Assembly: GCA_043228905.1 (NCBI GenBank)
Contig: JBHGNT010000021.1
Span: forward strand, 9,238,001 to 9,302,000
Length of the DNA: 64,000 nucleotides
Reading direction: 5' to 3'
Origin: Azolla caroliniana
Lineage: Eukaryota > Plantae > Polypodiophyta
Shown: in pieces, positions 1 to 14,738 of the stretch
Position numbering within the stretch: the stretch's first letter is position 1
Layout: each line of letters opens with the position of its first letter
Translations under genes and position numbers: made by a program
Notes under the pieces: generated by a model
Seen by the model: the letters and a program-made list of their open reading frames with translations, nothing else
Databases searched by the model: none
What the model was told of the DNA's origin: nothing

Positions 1-3000
1 GGGACACGGACAGTCAAGGGGGAGGCCCACTTGCTTCTATTGCGGCAAGCCGGGGCACTTCAGAAAGAACTGTTGTCATTTCCAGAAAGACAAGGGAACC
101 GACAGTACCGATTCGAAGAGGTCACCGGACCGAAACGGTTCGGATCGGCGAGGCCCAGACCAGAAGGGAACGACGGCGATTGCGGCAAGTGAAGAGGAAC
201 TAATGCTCATCACCAAGGAGAGTGAATTGAACCTTGCTGGCGACGAGACAATGTGCGTTGTCCATTCCGGAGTGTCGTTCCACCTTACCTCGGACTGGAA
301 ATGCTTCTCATCCTACAAAGTCGGTGAGCACGGTTGTGTCCGGATGGGGAATGAAGGTACATGCCGAATTTTCGGCATAGGAGACGTGTGGTTAACAACA
401 CCAACCGGATGCAAGTTCCTGTTGAAGGATGTCTGACACGTTCTGGAGGTTCAGCTGAACCTAATATCAGTCGGTTGGGTAGATGATGAAGGTTACATGG
501 GTAGCATACGGAATGGAGTCATGAAGTTTAGCAAGGGGAGCCTAATAATGGCTCGGGCCCGGAAAGTCAACACATTGTACCTGATGAACGCCCGGTTATG
601 CCGGGAAGAAGAAGTGAACATTGCTTCTGACACTACCGGTGAGTTGTGGCACAAAAGACTGTATCACATGAGTGAGAAGGGGATGAAGAGGCTTGCCGAA
701 GACAACCTCATTCTGGTGAAGGACGTGCAACTTGAGAAGTGCACCGATTTCTTGGCCGGCAAGCAAAACCGAACCTCCTTCCGGTCAAGACCACTGATGA
801 GAAGGAATGCATCACTAGATCTGGTGCATACCGATGTGTGTCAAGTGGACACGAAGTCACATGCCGGATCACAGTACTTCGTGACGTTCATAGACGACCA
901 CAGCCGGAAGTTGTGGGTGTCACCATTGAAGACAACGGATCAGGTGCTATCTGTCTTCAAGGAGCTCCACGCGAGAGTGGAAAGAGAAACCGGCCGGAAG
1001 TTGAAGGCGGTCGAGCAGATAATGGAAGAGAATATCGGGGGCAGTGCGAGGAGTACTGCCAGTCGAAGGGGATCCAACTCGAATTTACCATGCCGAAGAC
1101 ACTGAAAACGGGCAGGCCAAAAGGATGAAGCGAACCATAATGGAGAGAGTCCGGAGCATGCTCACACATACCAAGTTACCCAAGATGTTTGTGGCTGAGG
1201 CGCTAACGACGGCGACCTATGTGATAAACAGATCACCCTCAGTACCCTTGGGAGGAGACTCACCTCAGAAAGTATGGACTGTTAAAGATGTGTCTTACCA
1301 GCATCTGAAGGTATTCGGGTGTCTCGCATACGTGCATGTGGCGAAGGACAAGAGAGCAAAGTTAGATCCGAAATCCAGGCCATGCATATTCCTTCGATAC
1401 GGCGATGATGAGTTCAGTTATTGGGTGTGGGATCTAGTCGACAAGAAGGTGTTCCAGAGTCGGGACATAGTCTTCATGGAAAACAGGGCCATTGCCGACT
1501 GGGAGTCGGAGAAGAAGATGATCAACTCCGGATCATCAAATGAAAACCGGTTTGAGGACACAAGGACCTACCCGGTTGAAAAACCGGATGTTGGCTGGTA
1601 GCCGGATGACACTCGACGAACCGGCCAGATACGGACAGGAAACCGAACCGACCAAAGAAGAAGAAGAAGAAGAAGAAGACACCGAAAACGGACAAGATCC
1701 CGAATCAAATTCAGATGAGGAACAAACGGAGGAACCGGTAGTCAGAAGCCAAGGATGGAGATATCCTCTCCAAGAGAAAAGAGCCCCCGGAAGATTTCCG
1801 GATGCAAAGCATGTGTTGTTAACTGAAGAGGGGGAGCCGGAAAGCTTCAAAGAAGCAAAGAGAGACACCCACAGCCGCAAGTGGTTGAGTGCCATGCAGG
1901 ATGAGATGGATTCCCTACATCAGAACCACACATATGAACTGTCGGCGTTGCCGAAAGGGAAAACAACATTCCGAAACAAGTGGGTGTACAAGCTGAAACC
2001 GGGAGATGCCGGAAATCCACCAAGGTATAAGGCTCGAATCGTGGTGAAGGGCTTTGAGCAGAAGAAAGGAGTGGACTTCGATAAGATCTTTGACCCGGTA
2101 GTAAAGATGACATCCATCCGGACGGTATTGGGCATAGTGGCAAGCATGGACCTCGAGGTAGACCAACTGGACCTGAAGACGGCATTCCTCCATGGTGACC
2201 TCAAAGAAGAGATTTACATGCGTCAACCGGAAGGATTTGAGAAGAAAGGGAAGGAGCACCTAGTGTGCCGGCTGAAGAAGAGCCTATACGGACTAAAGCA
2301 AGCTCCCCGACAATGGTACCGGAAGTTTGTCTCCTTCATGACCGACCAAGGGTACCACAAGACACAGGCCGATCACTGCATGTTTGTGAAGAAATTTGAT
2401 GGAGGAGATTTCCTGATACTCCTCCTACATGTGGATGATATGTTGATCGTCGGACGAGACCAAGGCAAGATTTGAATGCTGAAGAAGGCTCTGAACCAGA
2501 CCTTCTCAATGAAAGACTTGGGTTTGGCAAGACAGATGTTGGGGATGCACATCATCCGGGACCGGTCAAAGAAGCTATTGTGGCTGTCACAGGAAAAGTA
2601 CGTGACGAAGGTGCTTCAACGGTTCAACATGTCGGATGTGAAACCGGTCGGATCGACACTTCCGACAAACTACAAGCTATCCGGAGAGCAGAGCCCATGG
2701 ACAAAGGCAGAGAAGGCGGATATGATGAAGATACCATATGCCTCTGCCGTCGGGAGCTTAATGTACGCAATGGTGTGTACCCGACCCGGATATCAGATAT
2801 GTAGTCGGAGTGGTGAGCCGTTTCATGAGCAATCCTGGAAGAGAGCACTGGAACGCGGTCAAGTGGATAATCCGGTATTTGAAAGGCACCTCGAGCAAGT
2901 GCCTCCGATTCGGCTCTAGTAAACCCCAACTCGACGGATTCACGGATACATACATGTCGGCTGATGCGAATACCAGCCAGTCCACATCCGGTTATGTCAT

Positions 3001-3051
3001 GACTTATGCAGGGGAAACTGTTTCGTGGTAGTCGAGGCTGCAGAAGACAGT
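1..3051 (+). mobile_element. Ty1/copia retrotransposon A, internal region (gag zinc knuckle, PR, IN, RT, start of RH), pseudogenised and 3'-truncated
   Basis: Fragmented ORFs in copia order: DSGxSFH-like PR, LWHKRLYHMS GAG-pre-integrase, LVHTDV/FIDDHSR integrase, YKARIVVKG/DLKTAFLHG/LYGLKQAP/VDDML RT, GFTD..STSGY..VSW RH. It breaks off at SRLQKTV (~3051). Confidence 0.93.
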
Positions 3052-3892
3052 TCCGGAGGGAGGACCGATACCAACCAGAACGTGGGGATCGGTACAATGA
3101 GAGAAGACGCGACAACTATGGGCGTGATCATGACGACCGACGCAGGGGAGGCCACAATCGAGATCGATATGAACGGGACTACTCACCGGATTACAACCGG
3201 AGAAGGGATGCTTATGACTGGGACCGGTATGATAGGAACCAAGATTATAACGGTGACCGGTATGGTCGCGTCTACTCTCCAAGCTACAACCAGAGGAGGG
3301 AGGACCAACAAGAAAACTACGAAGATCGGCACCGGCAGGGTTACAAGAACAGACGCTTGCTTAAGAAATGGAACTTTCGGAAAGAGGATCATCGGGAGCT
3401 GGCAAAGGAGTACCAATGAGAGCTGAATAGAGGCATAAATGGCTCCCAACCAGAACAAAGAAGAATAAAAGAACCTAACCGAGCGGTAACCGAATTTCAA
3501 TAGGGTACCGAAACAAAAGCAGAATCTAGCAATACCCGGAAGACGTATTGCTACTATTGCCGCCAGGAGGGCCATTACAACAACCAATGCCCGGTTAAAA
3601 GGAATGAAAAATGGTCGGCAATCAATATGGTGGTAGCAAAAGTAGCGGATATACAGCAAGTCACCACCAGATGAAAAGGAAAGACGATGGAGTGGGAAGC
3701 ACAAGAGGCCATACGGAAACAGACCACGGAATGGATTGAAAAGGCCAACGAACGCAATGTCACCGAAATGAAAGAAAAGAGCACACGAATGCAGTGGAGG
3801 AGCTCACCGTAAAGGCACAATTAGAGAACCCCAGGTGGCAAGCAATTCAGGAATGCCAAATCACGTTACCACTAGCCCGGTAACTGCAACTA

Positions 3893-6800
3893 GTGCCCCG
3901 GTTCACCGACAGGTTGAAATCGGCGATGGCGCCGTTAAGTCCTGCACCGGCTCCGACATTCTTTTCAACTCCGGAGGAAGGACCGGCAGTGGTGGACACC
4001 AGTAGTCCTGCAATCACTGCGAGTATTAAAGGACAGGAGCTACCAAGTGCGATAGTCGATGGCGGATCAGGAGTAAACGTGATAAGCCTCCAGACATGCG
4101 ACACTTTGGGAATTCAGGAGTGGGAACCATGCCCATTCTGGCTCCGGATGGCGGACACCAGCTGAGTTAGACTAGCCGGTTTGATCCGGGACTTTGAGGT
4201 GACGATCAGAGGTCATGCTTTCCAAATTTCTGCGGTAGTCCTCCAGTTGAACGCTCAAGGGGCATACCCACGCTTGCTAGGACGACCATGGCTGAGGATT
4301 GCCCATATCAAACAGAATTGGCAGAAAAACAATAATACGTTCCAAAGAAGGAAAACGAAAGTAAGAGTACCGACGCAACCGCAAGCAGGCCCCAACAAAG
4401 ATGTAACCCCACTATATGCCGAAAGTGTGAACATGCTGGCAGGACTGGCCGATGAGGAGGTGGATCGCTACCTTGATGAGAACCCAAGGATAGTCCCTCT
4501 ATTCGAAGTGGACGTCGCAGAAGCGGTATCTCCATACATTGTGCAAACGGAAGAGGTTGGGGAGGAACCGGATAAGGATGCACTCCGGGAACTGTGGCAA
4601 GCATAGGAGTCCTTGGAATGGGAAATGGCGGTATCCCAACGAGTAAAAGCATCCCAGCTAGAAGAAGTAAATTTGGGCACCGGAGAGGAAACGTGTCCGG
4701 TAAACGTGGCCAAGGAGATGTCATCGGAAGACAAATCAGCAATGATAACATTATTAAAAGAATTCCGTGACGTATTTGCCTAGTCCTTCGAAGATATCGA
4801 GGACTTGATCCCCAACTCTATCAACACCAGATTCACCTCAGCAAGGACGCTAAGCCGGTGGCACAACGATGCTATCGGATAAACCCAAACTACGCGGGAA
4901 GAGTAAAGGAGGAAATTGACAAGCTGATTCGAGTCGGCTTTATCCGGTCGGTGAAGAAAGCCACTTGGCTAAGTCCAATCGTCATAGTATCGAAGAAGAA
5001 CGGCAAGATCCGTGTCTGCATGGATTACCGGAAATTTAACGCGGCAACGTTTACCGACGCATTTCCGCTTCCGTTTACGGATGGAGTTTTAGATGTGGTA
5101 GCCGGGCACGAGGTTTATAGCTTTCTCGATGGTTTCCGCGGATATAACCAAATAAGGATGCACCCGGATGATCAAGAAAAGACAATGTTCGTGACAGAAA
5201 GGGGAGTTGTAATGATGTTCGAACTCAAGACGGCGCTGGCAAGCTTTCAGAGGATTATTATGGAAGTATTTGGAGAATTCATACCGGCGTTTATGCAGGT
5301 ATTCCTGGATGACTTCGCGGTATATAGCCGGAAAGGGGAACACCTCGACCATCAGGTTATGCTTGGAAAAGTGTAGAGGATACTGGTTAAGCTTAAACTC
5401 GGCAAAATGTGTCTCCGGTGTGACCAATAGCACATTGTTGGGTCATATTGTTAGTAAGGAAGGGATTGCCATGGACCCGGATAAGGTCAAGGCTATTTTG
5501 CAGGCACCAGTGTTGACGATCGTCAAGGCTTTAAGCCGGTTCTTAGGACAGATCCGGTGGCATAGCCGGATGCTCCGGTACTTGGCAGACCTCACCACGC
5601 CCTTACACGGAGTTGTACACCGAACACCGTTTAATTAGACGGATGAAGAGGACAAGGCTTACTGCGCACTCAAGGTAATGTTGTCACAAGCACCAGTGGT
5701 ACAACCCCCAGACTGGTCAAAAGAGTTCCATGTCTTCGTGGACGTGTCGGATATCGCAATCGGCAGTGTACTCATGCAACTTACTGAACCGAAGTGGTAC
5801 CGGCCGGTGTACTATGCTAGTCGGAAGCTATCAAAAGCGGTGCGGAATTATTCCACTACAGAAAGAGAAGCCCTAGGAATGATATACAAGGTCACCAAAT
5901 ACCGACATTATTTGTTGGGCCGCAAGTTTTCATTCCATGTAGACCATTCAACGCTTTTATACTTGGTCTCGAAGGCATCACTCATGGGCAAGCTCGCCCA
6001 GTGGATATAATTATTACAAGAATTTGAATTTGAGATCTATCACCGGCCGGGTATACAACATGCGGTTATCGATTACTTGAGCCGGTTAGAATCCGGAGAG
6101 CTCGGTGACAGTGTTCAAGATGAATATTCGGATGCCGCATTGTTTAAAATTACAACGGAAACCACGAAAGATGGGACAGTCGTGGATGAGGACAAATGGC
6201 TAACGAATATGCACCAGTTCTTAAGCACCGAATTACCCCTAGAGGAGATGAACCGGGATGAACGTAAACAGTTGGCGGTGCAAAGCTGTCACTTTTGTCT
6301 AATGCAGGATACACTATATTATAAAGGAGCGGAAGGCATATGGCGGCGAGTAGTCCAGAGTGATGAAAAATACACCATTTTATGGGAAGCGCATTGTGGG
6401 GTCGGAGGAGGACATTATGCCCGTGAAGCTATGGCAAGGAAAATATGGCAGAGCGGCTTATGGTGGCCAACGACACTAAAGGACTCAGTCCGATATACGA
6501 AGGAATGTGATCTCTGTCAAAGAATGGGCCAGCCAACGGAACAAGCGCGCATGCCGCACCAGCCGGTACTACCTCTAGAGCCATTCCAGAAATGGGGGCT
6601 GGACTTTGTTGGACCATTCAAGCCACCGGCAATGCGAACCGGTAACAGGTACATAATTGTCGCCACAGATTGTTGTACAAAATGGGTGGAAGCCAAGGCA
6701 CTACGAGACAATACCGCGACATCAACAGCAAAGTTCCTGTACAAGTACATCTGGTGTTGGTATGGATTTCCAATCGAATTAATCAGCGACCAAGGTGGAC

Positions 6801-7552
6801 ATTTCCTCGGCCAAGTGGTGGAAAGCCTAACAACATTTTATGCGGTCGTACACAAACGAAGCACCCCTTATTACCCGCAGGCCAATGGACTAGCCGAGTC
6901 CACCAATAAAACTCTGCAGAACATTCTCCGGAAGATTGTCAATGAGAACAAAACTGATTGGGATACAAAGCTGGATAGTGTGTTATGGGCTTACCGAACA
7001 ACATACAAAACAAGTATCCGAACAACACCATTCCAGTTAACGTTTGGTCTCGAAGTGGTGATGCCAATTGAATTCCAGATTCCAAGCTTACGGATACAGG
7101 TCCGGGAGCGGCTGAGCGAGGAGTCGGAAAAAATCCGGTTAGCAGCACTATGCGAGCTGGAGGAGAACCGAATAGTGAGCCTAATGCAGATGGAACTCGA
7201 GCAACAACGAAGGAAAGCATTTGTCGACCGCCACCGGAAAGGTAACGAGAAGATGTTTGGAATCAGCAAGACGGTCCTAGTGTTCCAGACCCAGATGGGC
7301 AAGATGTCGGGGAAGATACAGTTCCGATGGACCGGACCATATTGGATAACGGGAGAGTTCAACGGCTCATATCAGTTGGGAACGCTAGCCGGCGAGGTGC
7401 TGGACAAGTGGGTAAATGGGTTCCGATTTAAATCATATTATGGACCCATGCCACAAAACCCGTTTCATCAACTAGAGAACAATGCAGAAATAGGCAGCGG
7501 CAAACAGTTGGCCGACAACCATGAAGACAAGGGAGCCGGGGTTACCGGGTAA
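3893..7552 (+). pseudogene. gypsy pol (PR, RT, RNase H, integrase) with frameshifts and stops
   Basis: AIVDGGSGVNVI protease; WLSPIVIV..DYRK..DAFPLPF..FLDDF RT; DVSDIAIG..YYASRKL..NYSTTERE RH; H..GGH..CDLC, WGLDF, ISDQG, NGLAE integrase. Confidence 0.93.
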
Positions 7553-9446
7553 CCAGAACTAAAAAAAAAAAAAAAAGATCATTATGCAGAGGCAAGGAAC
7601 GAACGGACACCTCGAAAAGGTGTGTAGTGGCTATTTAAAGCCTAGTTAAGGCACACCACGTGTCACACAGTTGCTATTATAGTACACGACGTGCATGCGC
7701 GGGAATCGAGAAAGGTGCCAAGCATGGGAACACAAAACCTCCGCTTCATAGAGTCTCTTTCATTTCACGAACACAGAGCATTGAGCGCACAAAGGACAAT
7801 ACAAGTGAGTAGACAGACGCAAGAAGTTCAGACAACCACATCGGCCCTACCTACCCCCACAGAACCAAATGACGAGATGGAACCTATGGCACTTTCCGAA
7901 ACAGCCAAGAAATGGTTCAACCAACATGGGTTGGGATGCTTCCTGAGGATAGCAGAGGCACTGCCGCACGACAAAGCAGAAGAACTTGTGTAGAAAATCG
8001 ACACGGAGGTCATAACGGAGGAAGCCATCCGCGCGCTAATCGGACTACCGAAAGGGGGTATGTACTTGATCGAGAACCCTTCTCCTGAAACACTAACAAA
8101 GTTTTTTGGCGAGTATTCCCTCGCTAGTAAGGCTCACCGGACACAAGGCGGCGAGGACCCCCTTTTTAGAGAAGTGGCTCGTGTCCTCCACAAGTATGGG
8201 TTCATGTATCCCCGACCCCCAGCAATGCCAAAGAACAAAGCCGGTTTCATCATTGCTACGTACACAGGGGTGCAAGTGGATTGGTTGGTAATCATCGCCG
8301 ATTGTTTGTGGATGGCAATAGAATCAATGCAGAACGGCAAGAAATTATGGACGGTTTGTGCTCAATGGCTGACTCTTTTGGCGCCACCAGTGGAGCCAGT
8401 AAGCACTAAGAAGCGGGTTCAAGTAACGGAGACCACGCCTAACAAACCTTCAAAACGGTAACAACTTCTGGCTAAGCACACGCCTGGATGGAAAGAGGGC
8501 AGTACCTCGCAACAAGGGAAAGAACCGCCTAGCTGGAAGAGGCAAGCAGAGACAGAGACACTAGTGGAGCCACCAGTAAGGCCTTTGAAAATCAAGTTGC
8601 ACCGACAGGAACAAGAGCCGGACCCCTTGGCAATGAAGATCAATATCAGGACCCAAGAGGAGGAGGTGGAGGAAGACCCCGCCGATAACCTTCAACATCG
8701 CCAAAAGCGTAGCAACGCGGAGCAGAAGGGGGACGAATCGGGTTCGGTGAAGGACAGCGTGCCGACACCCCGCTCCAAGGAACCGGAGCCAAGGAAGGAG
8801 GCGGAATGGGTTCAACCAAACCCAATGGAAGAGCTACTTGTGCGGCAAGAAGCAGCAGTGCCGTTGGTCCAAGAACCGGTAATTGAATTGCTTGCCTCAC
8901 TGGGGTAGCAAGTAGAGCAAGAGCAGGAGTTGTCACTACAGTTAGCAATCCAAAAAGGGCTTCCGGCGTGAACAGAGGGCATGCCTCAACCAGAACCAAC
9001 ATGACAAAAAGGCACCGGCAGTCAATGGCTACGGTGGATCGACGACCAGGTGGCCGGGGTGGTGTGCCAAATAGAAATGGAGGAGAGAGCACAGGGGAAC
9101 TGGTTGTTCTCCACAACCGAAGAACTTGATAAGGTCCGGTCGAGGATCCGGAGCATGGAAGAAGAAATTGCGCAGGCTAAAGCAGAGGCGGCTAAGCATG
9201 TCACAGAAGGACCAAGACTACTAGAACCGGTGGCTCCGGTGAATGAACAGACTAATAAGATGTCGATAACTGAAATAGCACCGGATGAGAATAAAGCACA
9301 AGAACACGAACTCGCCACTCTCAGAGAGGAATTGGCAGCCCAAGAGGCCTTAAGGGCTAGAGAACGAGACCTGAAGAAGGCGGCAGAGGAAGAGCAATGG
9401 AAAATGGCAGAGAACCTCCGAAAAGCTGACGACAATCTACAGAAAG

Positions 9447-9884
9447 TGTGAAAGATTATGTGCGGAAGCAATAGAAAACGAACACCGAGAAAATACGCAG
9501 GTTTAATGGAGAGCTTGACTATACACAGTACGCGGGAGAGACACAGAGAGAACACTCATGAGCTAAATTCAAAAATACTAATTCTTTGTACATACACCGT
9601 GCTCAGTGAGCACCTTTTATACAAGCCCTGACAATCGGGCTGACACAAGTACTGACAATACTTGACTGCTCATAAATAAGCCTCGACACTCACTCCCAAA
9701 ATTATTCCTTTACGAGGAATATCTCTCTAACGACCTTTTGGTTTACGCAACGATACGGCCTCTCGTTACGCACCGGTTTGCGTATCCATTGCATGCACCG
9801 GTCCGGCCTAACCGATCGGTCCCAACCGATCTGGTCCTCGGCTTGCTCAGCCGATCTGGCTGATGTTGAGCTTGTCTCGCAACA
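9447..9884 (-). repeat. copia B 3' LTR
   Basis: Direct repeat of 14751-15188 (about 30 mismatches by eye); adjacent PPT. Confidence 0.95.
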
Positions 9885-9899
9885 CTCCCCCTTAAGCTC
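9885..9899 (-). other. polypurine tract of copia B
   Basis: GAGCTTAAGGGGGAG abutting the 3' LTR. Confidence 0.85.
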
Positions 9900-12800
9900 A
9901 ACTTGAGGCTTTTCGGGATCTTCGGTCCGGTTCCTCCTGGCTCCACACCTCGCTCGCGCTCCTCGGCCTGTCCGATTCCGTGCGCTTCGACCCTTCCGAT
10001 CGGCTTGTCTGCTCCCATGGCCCTTCACAGCTCCCTTGTTGTCGCGGTGTTGGCACTTCTCCTGCTGCCTTCTTTTCCGCTTGGCCCTCGGTTGATTCAG
10101 TGTATCCGAATCAAATATCTGAACCGACTCGGCTACCTCTGATCGGTTTTCAATCTCGTCCGAGTTGGCTGTCTCCAACTTGTCTTCGGTCTTCTCGCCC
10201 TTGACGGCGTCATCTCCCCCATGCTTGGTTGGCTTTGGCTCTTTCTTTCGGTTGTTCCCCTTATGTCCGCTTCCAGACTCTTCTGCGGATCCGCCCTCGG
10301 CTTCTTCAGCCGATCCGAGGTCGAATTCGTCATCCGACTCAGCGTCACGGTCTTTTCCGCTCCTTTCCTGCTCCCTTCTGTGGTCATCCGGGATGTCTCT
10401 CCCCCTCAAGTTTGGCACGTCGAGGTGCCGCAACTTGTCCAGACCAAGAGGCTTGGTGAAAATATCGGCGTGTTGCCGATCCGTTGGAACATACTGAAGT
10501 TCGACTTCACCAGAAAGGACACGCTCACAGACAAAATGGTAGTGCACCTCAATGTGCTTAGTCCGGGCGTGGAAAACAGGGTTCTTCGCAAGCTGGATGT
10601 TGCTGAGGTTGTCGCAATAGATCGTCGTCAGATCGGACACCTCCTCTGGAGGTCCTTAAGTAACCGCTTCAACCATATGGCTTCACATGTCGCAACAGCC
10701 ACTCCTCGGTACTCAGCTTCGATGCTCGACAATGCAACTATCGGCTGCTTCTTACTGCTCCACGCTATCGCAGCACTCCCAAGAGAGAACGCGTATCCAG
10801 ACGTGGATCGGCGATCGGCGGCATTGCCAGCCCAGTCGGCATTGGTGTAGCCGACCAACTGCGGGGTTGTACTGGTCCGATACAGTAGTCCCCGGTCCTT
10901 AGTGCCACTAACGTACTGGAGTACACGTTGTGCGCACTTAAGGTGTTCCTCAGCAGGTCGCGCCATGAACTGACTGATCACCCCGACCGGATAACTGAGA
11001 TCGGGTCGGGTGATTGTCAAGTAGATAAGGCTTCCGACAATTTGTCGGAACCTTGTCAGGTCGCATACCTTTCCGGAATTGGGGCAAAGCTTGATGGTTC
11101 TATCCAGGGGAGTCGAGACGGACTTACAGTCTGCCATCCCGAATTTGAAGAGCATATTCAACGCGTAATGGTGTTGGCTTATCAATATGCCTTCGGGGGT
11201 ACGGATCACTTCGATCCCGAAGAAGTAATGAAGATCCCCTAGATCCTTCAAGTCGAACGATGCCGCAAGCTGGAGCTTCATGCGGTCGATTTCACCTAGG
11301 TCGGCGCCGATGATGACCAAGTCATCAACATATAGTAGAATACTGACCGGACCGAGTCAACCTTTCCGGATGAACAGGGAAGAGTCTGATTTTGACATTG
11401 CAAAGCCGATCCGACGCAGTTGCTGCGTGATCTTCGCATTCCAGGCACGTGGGGCTTGCTTCAGTCCATAGAGGGACTTCTTCAATCGGCACACCGCCAA
11501 CGTGTTCGTTCCGGAGTGAAATCCGGGGGGTTGTACCATGTACACCTGTTCCTCAAGCTCACCTTGCAGGAACGCATTCTTTACATCCATCTGATGTAAG
11601 TGCCACCCCTTTGCCACAGCTACCACGAGCAAAACACAAACGGTCGTCATCTTCGCGACCGGCGCAAACGTCTCATCATAGTCGATGTCGTGTTTTTGCG
11701 CGTAGCCTTTTGCTACTAACCAGGCCTTGTATCAGTTGACCGAGCCGTCGGTGTTGTACTTGACCTTGTACACCCATCTACATCCGATCGGCTTCACACC
11801 CTTCGATGCGTCAACCAGGTCCCAGGTCTCGTTTTCCGCTAGTGCGTACATCTCTTCCTCCATTGGCGCGCTAATTCGCGTACTTAGCCGCTTCCGCGTA
11901 GCTCTCCAGCTCACACACTTCCGCTACACAGGTCATGTACGCATAATGGTGTGCCACGTACTCGTTGTATCCGAACCGCACAACTAGGTTCTTCTGGCGG
12001 GTAGATCGATGTAATCGGTCATTAGCTGATATCGAGGTTTTCTCGGCCGACGCAGACTTCTCTCTTGAAGACCCGCCACTGCTTCCCTCAGAGTCGGACT
12101 CGCGTCGGTCTGACACATTCCTATCCGTGCCGGAATCCGACACCTTCTTCTTCCCTTTCTCTTTGCGCGTAAGCCGTCTCCTCAGCTTCCTGCGCGGGGA
12201 ATGCACTTCCGAGTCTCCACTACTCACCGGCTCTTCATTGGACTGGTCGAACCGACTCAGTCGTCCATTCGGTCTGCTTAACCGAAACGAAATCGGACTC
12301 TCTCCACGGGTCCCGATTTCAGGCTCATCCGGAGGCATCTCGGCCTCAGTGACCTCATCATCAGAACTCGGATTGGAGGTGAGGTCCGGAGTCGGAGGCA
12401 AGTACCAAGACGCAGACTCGTCAAACACAACGTCACGGCTCAGGCGCGCTTGTTTGTTGCGCGGGTTATAACACTTATAACCCTTCTGCTCGTCCGAGTA
12501 ACCGACCAAGATACATTTCTCAGCCTTTGCGTCCAGCTTCCTCCGTTTCTCCTTCGGCACATGCACATACGGAATGCTACCGAAAACTCTCAAGTGTCGT
12601 GGATTCGGCTTCATTTTGAAATATAACTCATCCGCCAACACTTTGTCTCCGATTCGGTTCTGGATGTATACCGTGGTCCTTACCGCCTCGGCCTAGTAGA
12701 ACTTGGGCAAGCTCTTCTCCTCCAGCATTGCTCGTGCCGCTTCCACAACCGACCGATTTTTCCCCTTGGCCACGCCATTTTGCTCCGGCGTGTATCTACA

Positions 12801-14738
12801 ACTGAATTCGCATCGAATTCCCATATGTTGTAGATAACCGTTGAATTGACCGGAAAAGTATTCTTTTCCACCATCCGACCGCAGGCACTTGATCTTCCTT
12901 CCTGTTTCCGTTTCCACGAACCCTTTGAGATCCCGAAAACAATCGAAGACTTCGCTCTTCCTCTCAATGAGGTAGATCTGCGTGTGCCGTGTGTAGTTGT
13001 CGAGGAAGGAGACAAAATATCGGCTCCCGCTAAGACTAACGTTTTGTGCCGGCCCCCACACATCGGAGTGTATCAAGTCGAGCTTGTTCCGGCTCCGGTT
13101 ACGCTCATTGGGGAAGGGAAATCGGTGTTGCTTCCCAAGCTGACAGGCTTCACAAATTTGTGCCTTTCGGCCACTTAATTTGGGGAATCCGAACACCACC
13201 TATTTCGATTGCAGGTCCTGAAGCCACTGGTAGTTGACATGGCCTATCCGCTTGTGCCATAAGTCGATGTCCAACTCGACTTTTTGTCCCTTCACGAACA
13301 TTGTGGTGCCACCGTCAGTAGAGTCGAGGATGAACATCCTCCCATCTCTGCGCCCTTGCGCAATAACACGGCCTTGTTCCTCAATGAAGCACCCGAGGTG
13401 TGTAAACCGAACATGCATCCCTTGGTCTAAGATCTGTCCGACCGACACCAAGTTCTTCGTGATTGTCGGAACGTGTAACACGTTCATGAGTTTCCCTTTC
13501 TGCTCGACATGGCTCAGGGGAACTTCTCCAACATTCGCGATCGGATGCGGAGTGTCATCTCCGGTTGCGACAACTCCTAGTTGTGTCGGTTTCTCAAGGT
13601 ACACGAACCAATCCTTATGGCTCGTCATGTGATTTGACGCGCCAAAGTCGACGTACCACACCTCGTCCGATTTCGGGGTGGTTTGCTTCATTGAGTTTGC
13701 TTCGTGTCTCGTCACGAAGACTGACCCTTTTCCGGTTTCTCTGGATCCTTCAGCATAGTGCGATCATTGCCGATTTCCTTTGTTGGTCTGTCCGGAACCT
13801 GGTCCGGACCCGGTTCTCCCTGAATCGGCACGCTCTTTCCCGCACTCGTTCTCCTTGTGGCCTTTCTTGCCACAGTACCAGCATTCCGCGGCAGATTTCC
13901 CTTGCCGGTTCTCGTCGCCTCGACTCCCCCTATTTCCGAAGGGTCCGGAATTGTTGTCGGCATCACTTCGGTGCCTTCTTCCTTGATCCCGTCAGTTGCC
14001 TCCATTGCGCACCGACTCGCCTCGTCCGCCACGACCACAGGGCATATCTCCCTCCGTGTACAACATCTTGTTGTCAGTGTGCGTGCTCGTTGACGCACCC
14101 GCGTGGTTCTCCTCTATAAGGAGCATCGACTGTAAGTCGAAAAACGACGACGTATTCTCCCGTGTATACACAGCAGTTCGGAACGCGCCGAACTTTGACG
14201 CCAAACCCCCAAGACAGACCTGGACCATCTCGCTTTCCTCGATGTTCACATTGATGGAAGCTAAGGAGTCGCATATGTCCTTGATCTTCGAGGTATAGTC
14301 AGCCACCGACAAATCGCGTTGTCGTAGGTTGCTCAACTCCTGTCGGAGCTGAAGATTCTTGGTTGTGGTGCTCGTGGCGAAGATCTTCTTGAGATTTTTC
14401 CATGCACCCTTCGGCGTTTTTGCATCCCGAACGTAGCTTAATAGCCATTCGCCCACACAAGACGCGAAACAGTACAGCACTCTGCTCGCAGATTGTTCCC
14501 ACGCTGGGAAATCTGTGTGTCGATTCGGGTGCTGTGTCATTTGCTCCGTCGACATAGCTCCAATAACCATGCCCAAGCAGGTACTAGTGCATCTTGTAGG
14601 ACCAAGACGCGTAGTTGTTTCTGTCGAGCTTCTCTGTTGGAAGCGAGCTAGCCATTCCTCTATCCGTCGGTTTTGTCTGTTCTTCTTGGTTAGTTTTTCT
14701 TTCAAGCTATGTCGACTGCAGAGGTTCTCAACCCTCGC

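Noticed and set aside
3006-3426. RS/RD-rich host protein ORF
   Set aside because: Low-complexity gag-region segment of the gypsy element fused to copia sequence at a deletion junction.
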